Shown here piece after piece: positions 1 through 8,136 of a stretch of 24,015 bases of DNA. The DNA lies in the NCBI GenBank assembly GCA_964566495.1, contig CAZMIT010000006.1:1-24015 (forward strand), written 5' to 3'. How positions within the stretch are numbered: position 1 is the first letter of the stretch; the number at the start of each line of letters is the position of its first letter. The stretch is from an uncultured bacterium. Its GTDB lineage: Bacteria > T1Sed10-126. The position numbers and the translations under genes were made by a program. The notes beneath the pieces were generated by a model that had not been told where the DNA came from, searched no databases, and saw nothing but the letters and a program-made list of their open reading frames with translations.

Positions 1-521
1 TTGTTATACCCGGTTATCCAGTCGCCGGGGTAATAATAATAAGTACTCCCGGTAAAATAAAAATGGGGGACTTCAAGCTCACAGGTGCTCAAACGTCCCC
101 CTTTTAAGACCATCATCTCGTCCGCAATACCCTCTATATTTTTGGCGCTAACATACCAGGGCAGCACCCGGCCGCTCACCGCTTCAACCGACACCTCACG
201 GGTGGCCCGATTTAAAATTATATACTCCCCCTCCATTTCCTGATCGTCGTAAACCAGCCGTGCCCCCTGGCTGGCCGTTATAAGCTCACTTTCTTCTTCA
301 TAAATTATCCGCCCTGCGTATAGATTTCGCCCCGACCAGCGCACGTGGACTTCACCGTCCGCAATAAACTTCTCCCCCGCTTCAACCATAATCCGATCCG
401 CCCGTTCTATCACGATCGGCTCCTCCCCGACCCGTTCATCTCCTACAATGGCGGCGGTTGGCGGAATATAGCTGATCATAGCTATAACTACCAGTAAAAT
501 AAATTTGCTCACATAACGCAT
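1..521 (-). CDS. lptD: LPS-assembly outer-membrane protein LptD (OstA), N-terminal part; the gene runs off the window edge
   Basis: Not in the ORF track; translated manually from ATG at 521: MRYVSKFILLVVIAMISYIPPTAA (signal-peptide-like) ...ADRI...FIADGEVHVRWSGRNLYAGRIIY...WYVSAKNI...LKGGRLSTCELEVPHFYF. The frame is open to the edge, with an OstA beta-jellyroll pattern and the LptD (S/T)TC..P motif. Confidence 0.8.
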   Translation of the reverse strand, partial: MRYVSKFILLVVIAMISYIPPTAAIVGDERVGEEPIVIERADRIMVEAGEKFIADGEVHVRWSGRNLYAGRIIYEEESELITASQGARLVYDDQEMEGEYIILNRATREVSVEAVSGRVLPWYVSAKNIEGIADEMMVLKGGRLSTCELEVPHFYFTGSTYYYYPGDWITGYN

Positions 522-714
522 AAACTACCACTCACTACTCCATAGCCAGAACTTTCTGGTGTAAACAGGCGCAGTTCAATTAGCAACTACCTTTTTAGCC
601 CGGCCTCTGCATAAAGCTTCTGCATAGACCGGGTTAGATATTTTAACCCCTGAACTATTTAATTACCACGCAAACAACCGCAAGACCGTTCAGCGCTCGC
701 TCTCTCCGTTTCCT

Positions 715-743
715 TTGACACATAGCGCCCCTTATAGTACACT
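715..743 (+). promoter_or_regulatory. Sigma70-type promoter for the rplU operon
   Basis: TTGACA (715-720), 17 nt spacer, TACACT (738-743), about 54 nt upstream of the rplU ATG. Confidence 0.7.
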
Positions 744-796
744 TTTTGGCCGGTTAAAATCAAGCTATTGAATTTATTATGGGAGGTTCTTTAAAT

Positions 797-1111
797 ATGT
801 ATGCAGTTTTTGCTCTTGGAAACCACCAATACCGGGTGGAACCGAACTCGGAAGTAACTGTTTTTCGACGCGATGCCGAAGAAGGTGAAACAATTGAGCT
901 GGACGATGTCCTGTTTGTCAAGGACGACGATGAAGTAAAAATCGGCACCCCAAACGTAGAAGGAGCCAGTATTACTGCTCATGTCGAGAACCACTTCCGG
1001 GGAGACAAGATAACCGTTTTCAACTATAAACGTCGCGAGGGACGACGGCGGAAACTGGGTCACCGCGACGATTTAACGCGACTGCGGATTGAGTCGATTA
1101 ACCTGAACTGA
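797..1111 (+). CDS. rplU: 50S ribosomal protein bL21
   Basis: MYAVFALGNHQYRV...KIGTPNVEGA...RGDKITVFNYKRR...KLGHR. SD GGGAGG at 781-786 favours ATG 797 over 779. Confidence 0.97.
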   Translation: MYAVFALGNHQYRVEPNSEVTVFRRDAEEGETIELDDVLFVKDDDEVKIGTPNVEGASITAHVENHFRGDKITVFNYKRREGRRRKLGHRDDLTRLRIESINLN

Positions 1112-1456
1112 ATGATTGAAGTCAAGATTTATCATCATCCGCAGCACGGTCTGACCGGGTTGGAAGCAACTGGACACGCTGGGGAGATGCCCCGGGGAAA
1201 CAACATCCTCTGTGCCGCTTTCTCAATCCTTTTCGAGGTCCTGGTAGCCGCGGCGGAAAACTTACCCGCCGACAGTGTTGAACATGTCCGTGACGATGAA
1301 ATTCCTCACTGGAAACTTGTTGTGCAACCAGAATTGATCCCCTCGGACAAATGGCGGATGTTTCAACACACTCTCAACTCTACCAGCACCGTAGCCCGCC
1401 GGATTGTTGATTCCAACACCGACAGCTGTCGCTTATCTGCTGTGGATTTAACCTGA
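1112..1456 (+). CDS. prp: Ribosomal-processing cysteine protease Prp (YsxB/DUF464) family
   Basis: GHA...GNNILCAAFS motif (His22/Cys34 dyad), in the canonical position between rplU and rpmA. Confidence 0.88.
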   Translation: MIEVKIYHHPQHGLTGLEATGHAGEMPRGNNILCAAFSILFEVLVAAAENLPADSVEHVRDDEIPHWKLVVQPELIPSDKWRMFQHTLNSTSTVARRIVDSNTDSCRLSAVDLT

Positions 1457-1483
1457 GCAGCGCTTCACCAGTCGTCAACTTCA

Positions 1484-1590
1484 GGCAGCAAACCTCACGC
1501 AACATCTCTTCCTGAATACAGGGACTCCAATCTTTTCTCCCCCGGAAGGTGAAGGGGAGAAATTTGGATAGTCCTTCGAGAGGTTCTGCC
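1484..1590. other. Branched stem-loop element of unknown class in the prp-rpmA spacer
   Basis: Nested complementary blocks: GGCAG/CTGCC, AACCTC/GAGGTT, GGAC/GTCC, TCCAA/TTGGA, TTTCTCCCC/GGGGAGAAA, plus side hairpin CCTG-AATA-CAGG. Confidence 0.55.
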
Positions 1591-1607
1591 AGTAATTAAA
1601 AAAACAC

Positions 1608-1636
1608 TGGTATTTTTTGTTCAAACAACTTATAAT
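1608..1636 (+). promoter_or_regulatory. Possible internal promoter for rpmA-obgE
   Basis: Perfect TATAAT at 1631-1636 in an AT-rich tract 42 nt before the rpmA ATG; the -35 position (TGGTAT) is a poor match. Confidence 0.45.
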
Positions 1637-1678
1637 ATTAATGTTTCTCAAGATTACTGAATTTCAGGAGGTAAACTA

Positions 1679-1984
1679 ATGGCAACAAAAGCAAGTCAAG
1701 GCTCCACTCAAAATGGTCGCGATAGCATATCTAAACGTCTTGGCCCTAAAAAGTTCGATCAGGAACTGGTTCGCGCCGGCAATATCCTGGTTCGCCAGCG
1801 CGGCACTAAATATCACCCGGGACATAATGTTGGCCGCGGCAGCGACGACACGCTGTTTGCGAAGCAGGACGGTTATGTTTTCTACAAGCGTCAGGGCGGC
1901 GACCGCAAGGTAGTGAGCGTTCTTTCCGAAGAGGAAATAGAACATCTGAAGAAGGTGAACCAGACGGCAAAAGCTGCTGTCTAA
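1679..1984 (+). CDS. rpmA: 50S ribosomal protein bL27, short form with no N-terminal extension
   Basis: [22 protein letters not shown]...[37 protein letters not shown] at 1666-1671; in-frame TGA at 1658-1660. Confidence 0.97.
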   Translation: MATKASQGSTQNGRDSISKRLGPKKFDQELVRAGNILVRQRGTKYHPGHNVGRGSDDTLFAKQDGYVFYKRQGGDRKVVSVLSEEEIEHLKKVNQTAKAAV

Positions 1985-1991
1985 CCTGAAC

Positions 1992-2020
1992 TATTCACGA
2001 CAGCGTCGCTGTCGCGAATA
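1992..2020. repeat. Near-perfect palindrome/hairpin after rpmA
   Basis: TATTC-A-CGACAGC-gtc-GCTGTCG-C-GAATA: 12 of 13 positions pair; no U-tract follows. Confidence 0.6.
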
Positions 2021-2103
2021 ATCCGGGCTAACTATACTTTCCCGCCGAATACTTGTAACTATATACCTATTCATTCCAGTTTACTGGAGTTGATTTCTCC
2101 CCC

Positions 2104-3372
2104 ATGGCCAGACCGTTTGTTGATGAGGTTTCGCTGACGGTTCGGGGTGGTGCTGGCGGCGACGGCTGCACCTCTTTTGAACGCGAACCCCACAACTCAA
2201 AAGCCGGACCCGACGGCGGCGACGGAGGCGAGGGTGGCGATGTTATCCTACAGGCTACTGAGGAACTAAACACCCTTTCTCACCTCAACCAGAAGAGTCT
2301 GCTCGCTGCCGAAGACGGAAGTCGGGGCGGATCAAACCGTAAACGCGGTGCCTCAGGCGACGATCTCACCGTAAAAGTCCCCAGCGGCACTATTGTTTAC
2401 AATCAAGAAAATAACAAGGTCCTCGGCGAACTGCTGGAAGCCGGACAGACTCTGCCCGTCGCCCGCGGCGGCAGTGGCGGACGCGGCAACCGCTGTTTTT
2501 GCTCCAGTCGCAACCAGGCGCCCCGTTTTCACGAATTTGGTGAGCCCGGCGAAGAAAAAAAGCTGCGTATCGAGTTAAAACTGATTGCTGACGTAGGGAT
2601 CGTCGGACTGCCCAATGCCGGCAAATCCACGTTACTCGCCAGACTTACCAATGCTCATCCCCGGGTGGCAGGCCATCCCTTTACCACTATCAATCCGAAT
2701 CTTGGCGTGTTGGAACAGGATTTCCGCCGGCTTACACTCTGTGACCTGCCCGGGCTGGTCAACGATGCTCACGAAGGCGCTGGCCTTGGTATCCAATTCC
2801 TGCGTCACATTGATCGCACCGGCCTCCTCCTGCATCTTGTCGATCTCTCCTCTCGCACACCGGTTGACGACTACAGGGTTGTCCGAGAGGAACTTCGTGC
2901 TTATAATCCTCAGTTGGCTGAAAAACCTACGCTTCTGGTTTGCAACAAAATTGATCTCACGGAAACGGGCGAAATTGAAATTTTTGCCGAAGATATTGCC
3001 CCGGCACCAGGCCCCGTAATTGGTATATCAGCTGAGAAAGGAACAAACATTGAGCGCCTCCGGGAGAAACTCTGGCAGCTTGCTGAAGACGCCAGGGTCG
3101 AAGAACAGAACTCCTCGCAGCCGGAAGAAAAGGTGGTACGGCTGGAACAGCGGGAGCCGATTAAAGTTATCCCCCGGGAGGATAAATTCCTGCTACGGGG
3201 CGACCGGGTCCGCAAACTTGTGCAGCGGTTCGATCTGCGCAATCAGGAAGCACTTAGCTACGTCCGCAGTAGATTGCTTGAAATTGGTTTGCATAAGAAA
3301 TTGGAAAAAGCCGGCTGCCGACCGGGTGACACCGTTAAAATTGGTAACAAGGAGTTTGAATATACAGGATGA
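2104..3372 (+). CDS. obgE: GTPase ObgE/CgtA with C-terminal OCT (DUF1967-like) domain
   Basis: Gly-rich Obg fold (GPDGGDGGEGGDV), G1 GLPNAGKS, PFTT, DLPG, NKID, SA, and C-terminal LEKAGCRPGDTVKIG. Confidence 0.97.
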   Translation: MARPFVDEVSLTVRGGAGGDGCTSFEREPHNSKAGPDGGDGGEGGDVILQATEELNTLSHLNQKSLLAAEDGSRGGSNRKRGASGDDLTVKVPSGTIVYNQENNKVLGELLEAGQTLPVARGGSGGRGNRCFCSSRNQAPRFHEFGEPGEEKKLRIELKLIADVGIVGLPNAGKSTLLARLTNAHPRVAGHPFTTINPNLGVLEQDFRRLTLCDLPGLVNDAHEGAGLGIQFLRHIDRTGLLLHLVDLSSRTPVDDYRVVREELRAYNPQLAEKPTLLVCNKIDLTETGEIEIFAEDIAPAPGPVIGISAEKGTNIERLREKLWQLAEDARVEEQNSSQPEEKVVRLEQREPIKVIPREDKFLLRGDRVRKLVQRFDLRNQEALSYVRSRLLEIGLHKKLEKAGCRPGDTVKIGNKEFEYTG

Positions 3373-4490
3373 AGAGAAAAGAACTGTCCAACGCTAAACG
3401 CATAGTTGTAAAAGTCGGCTCCAGTCTCCTGGACACTGATAATCCAACTATATTACGTAAACTGGTCGCCCAGATTAGTGAGCTAAAACGGCTTAATCGT
3501 GAAGTTGTCCTGGTCAGCTCCGGCGCCATTTTCTTCGGACTGAGCACTGGTCTTTTGAACGACGATCCCGTTACTCTCCCCCAGAAACAGGCAACGGCAG
3601 CCGTCGGCCAGCCGCTATTAATGAATTTCTATAGCGAACTTTTCGCTGAACACGACTTGCTTACCGCCCAGGTGCTTCTCACTCAATCCGGTATCCATGA
3701 CCGCCACTCCTATCTTAACGCTTCCAACACTCTGAACACGCTCCTTGAGATTGGAGTTGTCCCCGTAGTTAACGAAAACGACACCGTGGCCACCGAAGAG
3801 ATTCAATTTGGAGACAATGACACGCTCTCCGTCCTGGCCAGCACCCTCTGTGACGCCGACCTGCTTATTATTCTTAGCGACGTACAGGGACTTTACCCGG
3901 GACCGCCAGAAAAACACGATACGCCCCTGCGCCGGGTTGATGAAATAAATGATAAAATTAAATCACTGGCCGGTCCCTCAGACCCAGACAGTTCTACTGT
4001 CGGTGGTATGATTACTAAAATAGAGGCCGCAGAAACTGCTACTTCGTCCGGGATTCCCCTGGTAATTGCCTCTGGATACAGCAAAGCGGTGCTTACCAGA
4101 ATTTATAATGGTGAGCAGGTTGGCACTTTTTTCCCCCCTCTGGACGAAGAAGAGGTGATTCGTGGCCGCAAGCGCTGGATTGGCTACCATCTGCTACCAA
4201 AAGGCTACCTGCAAGTAGACAGCGGTGCTGCCCGGGCAATTAAAGGCGGCGGTAAAAGTCTTCTCCCTTCCGGCGTTACACGCGCCGTCGGCCAGTTTGA
4301 ACGGGGCGATGTTGTAAAAATACTCGACGCAGACGATGATGAGTTCGCCCGCGGTATGGTCAATTACAGCCAGTCGGAAGTTGACCGCTTAAAAGGATGT
4401 CAATCCTCCGAAATTTCTGATATTCTTGGAACTCACTATTACGATGAAATAATACATCGAGACAACATGGTGGTGTTTACTGATGAGTAA
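3369..4490 (+). CDS. proB: Glutamate 5-kinase with PUA domain
   Basis: VVKVGSS, VSSGAI, NENDTV, FGDNDTL, GGMITKIEAA, and a PUA domain (KSLLPSGV...IIHRDNM). Confidence 0.97.
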   Translation: MKRKELSNAKRIVVKVGSSLLDTDNPTILRKLVAQISELKRLNREVVLVSSGAIFFGLSTGLLNDDPVTLPQKQATAAVGQPLLMNFYSELFAEHDLLTAQVLLTQSGIHDRHSYLNASNTLNTLLEIGVVPVVNENDTVATEEIQFGDNDTLSVLASTLCDADLLIILSDVQGLYPGPPEKHDTPLRRVDEINDKIKSLAGPSDPDSSTVGGMITKIEAAETATSSGIPLVIASGYSKAVLTRIYNGEQVGTFFPPLDEEEVIRGRKRWIGYHLLPKGYLQVDSGAARAIKGGGKSLLPSGVTRAVGQFERGDVVKILDADDDEFARGMVNYSQSEVDRLKGCQSSEISDILGTHYYDEIIHRDNMVVFTDE

Positions 4491-5748
4491 CTCTGTTTCC
4501 ATATCTGAGCTCGCTCAACAGGCTAAGCAGGCCTCGCGCAAGCTTGCTTCAGCCTCTACCCTTGATAAAAATGAGGCCCTGGCTCGCCTGGCCCAATTAT
4601 TAGACGAAAATCGTGAGCGGATTAAATCGGCCAACAAAAAGGACCTGGCGGCCGGACGCGAAGACGGTCTCTCTGACGCTCTCCTCGATCGCTTGATGCT
4701 CAATAACGAGCGCATCGACTCAATGATTGATGGCCTGCATAAAATTATTGACCTCGAAGACCCGGTTGGCGAATTAATTGAGCAGGTCAAACGACCAAAT
4801 GGCTTGAAAATTGGCCGGCAGCGGGTTCCTCTTGGCGTTATTGGAATTATTTACGAATCCCGCCCTAACGTTACCGTCGACGCTGCAGCCCTCTGTTTAA
4901 AATCCGGTAACTGCACTCTGTTACGCGGTGGCTCAGAAGCCCGCCACTCAAACTACCTCCTGGTTGATCTCATCCAGGAGGCTTTCGGCGACCTCTTACC
5001 GGCGAAAGCCGTTCAAATTTTACGCGACCAGGACCACTCCCTGGTTGACGAAATGCTTAGACTGGATAACTTCATTGACGTCATTATCCCCCGGGGCGGC
5101 GAAGGACTGATTAAAATGGTCTCTGAAAAATCAACTATCCCGGTGATCAAACACTACAAAGGAGTCTGTCACACTTACGTCTCGAACGCCGCTGACCTGG
5201 AGATGGCCAGGAAAATCTGTCTCAACGCTAAAACTCAGCGCACTGGCGTTTGTAATGCCATGGAAACACTTCTACTCCATGACCAGCTCCCCGACAAGTT
5301 TATCCGCGAGCTGTTTGAAGCCCTGGCCGAGCGCGGCGTTGAACTTCGAGTTGACGCTGATCTTAAAAATCGTATTGAGGACGATAAATTCGAGTTGAAT
5401 CCGGTCAGTAAAGACGATTGGGACACTGAATACCTCGATTATATTCTAAGCGTTGGCCTGGTTGAGACCACCGACGAAGCCATCTCCCACGTCAATCGCC
5501 ACGGTTCCAATCACTCCGACGCCATTGTCACCGAAAATTACTCGGAAGCCGAGGCTTTTCTTGACCAGGTTGACTCGGCAGCCGTTTACGTGAATGCTTC
5601 GACTCGCTTCACCGACGGCGGCGAATTTGGGCTCGGAGCTGAAATTGGTATCAGCACCGAGAGACTTCACGCTCGCGGCCCGATGGGCCTCCGGGAGTTA
5701 ACTATTCCTAAATATGTCATCCATGGCCAGGGACAAGTCCGTAGTTAA
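4483..5748 (+). CDS. proA: Gamma-glutamyl phosphate reductase
   Basis: PLGVIGIIYESRPNVT, CNAMETLL, NASTRFTDGGEFGLGAEIGIST...HARGPMGL. Confidence 0.97.
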   Translation: MSNSVSISELAQQAKQASRKLASASTLDKNEALARLAQLLDENRERIKSANKKDLAAGREDGLSDALLDRLMLNNERIDSMIDGLHKIIDLEDPVGELIEQVKRPNGLKIGRQRVPLGVIGIIYESRPNVTVDAAALCLKSGNCTLLRGGSEARHSNYLLVDLIQEAFGDLLPAKAVQILRDQDHSLVDEMLRLDNFIDVIIPRGGEGLIKMVSEKSTIPVIKHYKGVCHTYVSNAADLEMARKICLNAKTQRTGVCNAMETLLLHDQLPDKFIRELFEALAERGVELRVDADLKNRIEDDKFELNPVSKDDWDTEYLDYILSVGLVETTDEAISHVNRHGSNHSDAIVTENYSEAEAFLDQVDSAAVYVNASTRFTDGGEFGLGAEIGISTERLHARGPMGLRELTIPKYVIHGQGQVRS

Positions 5749-6346
5749 AAAGCAGCCCGAGATCTCCGGTGACCTCGGCGTCTTCGGCGGCATGTTCAAT
5801 CCGCCTCACGTCGGCCACCTGGCTGGCGCTCAGGAGGTCTGTTCCAAATTGGACCTCAGCCGAATTCTTTTTATTCCGGCTCCTCGGCCTCCCCACCGGT
5901 CAGCCCCCGCGATAGCTCCTGAACATCGTCTTGAAATGACCCGCCTGGCGGTGAAGGATAATCCACGCTTTACGATATCGGAACTCGAATTTAACCGTCC
6001 CGGCGCTTCCTACACGGTTGACACCCTGCAGACCCTGACCGAACTATATCCGGCGGCTCAATTGCACCTGATTATCGGGGCTGACGAGCTTAACTCTTTC
6101 CCTGACTGGCATTGCCACGAAGAAATACTCGAGCTGGCCCAGCTTGTCGTCATGACCAGACCGGGTTACTCCCCTGATCCCTCAACTACTAATTCACAGC
6201 ACCAACCTCTACTGGTTGAAATACCCCATCTTGATATAGCCTCGCGACAACTGCGGGTTCGGGCTCGCGATCAGAAACCACTCCGTTATCTTGTCCCCGA
6301 AACCGTTGTAAATTACATCAGAAAAGAGGAACTTTACCGTGAATAA
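5714..6346 (+). CDS. nadD: Nicotinate-nucleotide adenylyltransferase (start uncertain, possibly ATG 5723)
   Basis: GVFGGMFNPPHVGH, PPHR, SYTVDTL, IIGAD...W, YLVPETVVNYI; proA-nadD-yqeK synteny. Confidence 0.92.
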   Translation: MSSMARDKSVVKKQPEISGDLGVFGGMFNPPHVGHLAGAQEVCSKLDLSRILFIPAPRPPHRSAPAIAPEHRLEMTRLAVKDNPRFTISELEFNRPGASYTVDTLQTLTELYPAAQLHLIIGADELNSFPDWHCHEEILELAQLVVMTRPGYSPDPSTTNSQHQPLLVEIPHLDIASRQLRVRARDQKPLRYLVPETVVNYIRKEELYRE

Positions 6347-6947
6347 AATAGCTGCGGAGGAAGAAATTCTCGCTCCGTTTGACTCTTCTTATCTTCACTG
6401 GACACGCGAGCAGATGACGGAGAACCGCTGGTCTCACACCCTGGGAGTGATAAAAAACATAGACCGGCTCCTCGAGAATTTTCCTGAACTCAAGCCGCAC
6501 TCCGATCAGTTGCGCCTGGCCGCTCTTTTCCACGACGTCGCCAAGGATCTGCCCCGCCATAGACAGCGCCGCCTGGCCGATAAATACCGCTGCGGTCTTG
6601 ATAAAATTGAACTACAACTCCCCCCTATCTGGCACGGCCCGGCGGCAGCTCAACTAATTATGTCAAAGTTTGAGTTCAATCAGGAAGAGCTGTTGCTCAG
6701 TGCTATCTCCCTTCACTCCACTGGTTCAAGCACCAAACAAATTGTCTGTGACGCCTTGATTGTCGCTGATTTTGCCGCCTTTGATCGGAAATTTCCTGAA
6801 GCTAAAGAAATACGCGACCTAATTCCCCGGCTCAGCCTCAACCGCCTGACCCTCGAAACAATACGCTATAAGCTTTTAGAGTGTCTGGATAGCTATAAAA
6901 CTCTCCACCCCCGCTCACTGGAGGCTTACAACCGGCTATGCGACTGA
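6339..6947 (+). CDS. yqeK: HD-domain symmetrical Ap4A hydrolase, YqeK family
   Basis: RWSHTLGV, AALFHDVAK, IWHGPAAA, AISLHSTG, LIVAD; directly after nadD. Confidence 0.85.
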   Translation: MNKIAAEEEILAPFDSSYLHWTREQMTENRWSHTLGVIKNIDRLLENFPELKPHSDQLRLAALFHDVAKDLPRHRQRRLADKYRCGLDKIELQLPPIWHGPAAAQLIMSKFEFNQEELLLSAISLHSTGSSTKQIVCDALIVADFAAFDRKFPEAKEIRDLIPRLSLNRLTLETIRYKLLECLDSYKTLHPRSLEAYNRLCD

Positions 6948-8077
6948 CCAATCTTATTGCCCTTTTCATAGCCGGGCTTCTACTCCTCGGCGCCACCGCT
7001 CTCTATTTTCTTCCGGAACGACCGCTTGAACCGGATGAACCGCCGGAGTTTGTTCTACAACAGTTGGCGGAGGAGCAGCGAGTGACCGGCTCGGTCATCC
7101 ATCGCAATAACGGTCGTCTGGCTCATCTTTACCTGGTCGGTTACGAGCCTATGACCGAAAAGTTCAGTGCCATTTACCTTCACCACGAAAATAAGATTTT
7201 CTCCTCTATTTACGCCGAAGAGATAAGCCTCGGCGAATTATACAATACCCTTGACCTGGAAACTTTTCTCGAGGAAATAGCTCAATTTTTTGAGATCGAA
7301 TTACACTTCTGGCTCCACAGCTCCCCCCGGGCTCTAAGCCGGTTTGTTGACACCCTTGGCGGTGTCTCCCTTTCCGATCCCCTGCATGGAGAGTTTTCCG
7401 GGGATGAGCGCTGGCTGGACGGCGAGATGCTGCTTGAGTTTCTTAACTCTGATTCCCTGCTCGAGATAGGCGCCGATGCTCTGCGCGCCCGCCACAAGTC
7501 CTTTTTGATTGCTCTCGGGCAGGAATTGCAGGAGAAAAAATATCTGCTTGAGGCTGAGCATCTTTACTTACAACTGGACGAACTGCTAACCTCCAACCTC
7601 AGTACGGCTGAATTTCGAGAAGCCGGCCAACTGTTTGCTAACCTGCGCCGCGACAATCTACGTGTCCTGCACCCCTTCCCGGCTCAGCCCATTGCTAATA
7701 AAAAAATTGATGTAGAAATAGTCCGACGAATGTTACCGCGCCCTCTGAAACATGAAATTGAGTTGGCTCAGCCGCGTGAATTAATTGAAGTCCAGGTCCT
7801 TAACGGTGTTGGCCTGTCCGGCCTGGCGGATGATGTGCGCGATTATCTCCGCAATTATGATTTTGTCGATGTGGTTGAGACTGACAACGCCGACCATTAT
7901 AATTACGAAACCTCTCTCTTCATTGACCGGGGAGATTATCCACATTCTGCTTACCGGCTTCAAGAAATATTTGGATTGGGAGGGCTTCGACTTGACCCCT
8001 CCACACGAGCGCTTGTCGATGTTACACTTATAGTTGGCGAAGATATGCTGGATTACATCGAAGAAATTGATGATTAG
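6938..8077 (+). CDS. LCP (LytR-CpsA-Psr)-like membrane protein with LytR_C domain; catalytic motifs degenerate
   Basis: N-terminal TM helix, FVDTLGGV, WLDGE, LTSNLS, and LytR_C-type IEVQVLNGVGLSGLA...DVTLIVGED; usual position between yqeK and rsfS. Confidence 0.8.
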   Translation: MRLTNLIALFIAGLLLLGATALYFLPERPLEPDEPPEFVLQQLAEEQRVTGSVIHRNNGRLAHLYLVGYEPMTEKFSAIYLHHENKIFSSIYAEEISLGELYNTLDLETFLEEIAQFFEIELHFWLHSSPRALSRFVDTLGGVSLSDPLHGEFSGDERWLDGEMLLEFLNSDSLLEIGADALRARHKSFLIALGQELQEKKYLLEAEHLYLQLDELLTSNLSTAEFREAGQLFANLRRDNLRVLHPFPAQPIANKKIDVEIVRRMLPRPLKHEIELAQPRELIEVQVLNGVGLSGLADDVRDYLRNYDFVDVVETDNADHYNYETSLFIDRGDYPHSAYRLQEIFGLGGLRLDPSTRALVDVTLIVGEDMLDYIEEIDD

Positions 8078-8101
8078 CTGTAACAAATACAAGCTGTCAA
8101 G

Positions 8102-8110
8102 TGCTATAAT
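8102..8110 (+). promoter_or_regulatory. Extended -10 promoter for rsfS-hpt and downstream genes
   Basis: TGcTATAAT in the intergenic gap before rsfS. Confidence 0.6.
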
Positions 8111-8136
8111 AACGGTAACCTCCGGTGTTTATATTT

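Noticed and set aside
1530..1543. 14-mer ATCTTTTCTCCCCC repeated at 14030-14043
   Set aside because: About one 14-mer match is expected by chance in 24 kb, and more on a pyrimidine-rich strand.
1484..1590. SRP RNA or 6S RNA call (CCGGAAGG loop, rod-like shape)
   Set aside because: It lacks the SRP CAGG...AGCAG symmetric loop around GGAA, and it is too short and asymmetric for a 6S central bubble.
1658..1678. Hidden N-terminal extension of L27
   Set aside because: In-frame TGA at 1658-1660; the intervening codons (ISGGKL) contain the SD and do not resemble a Prp motif.
1446..1992. Integron attC sites (RYYYAAC at the prp and rpmA ends: ATTTAAC, GTCTAAC)
   Set aside because: There is no complementary GTTRRRY core closing the downstream hairpins and no integrase, and these are core genes in conserved order.
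5714..6346. NadD as an inactive variant (GGMFNP for GGTFDP, IASRQLR for ISSTxIR)
   Set aside because: HxGH, PPH, YT, GAD and W are retained; the substitutions are not enough to claim loss of function.
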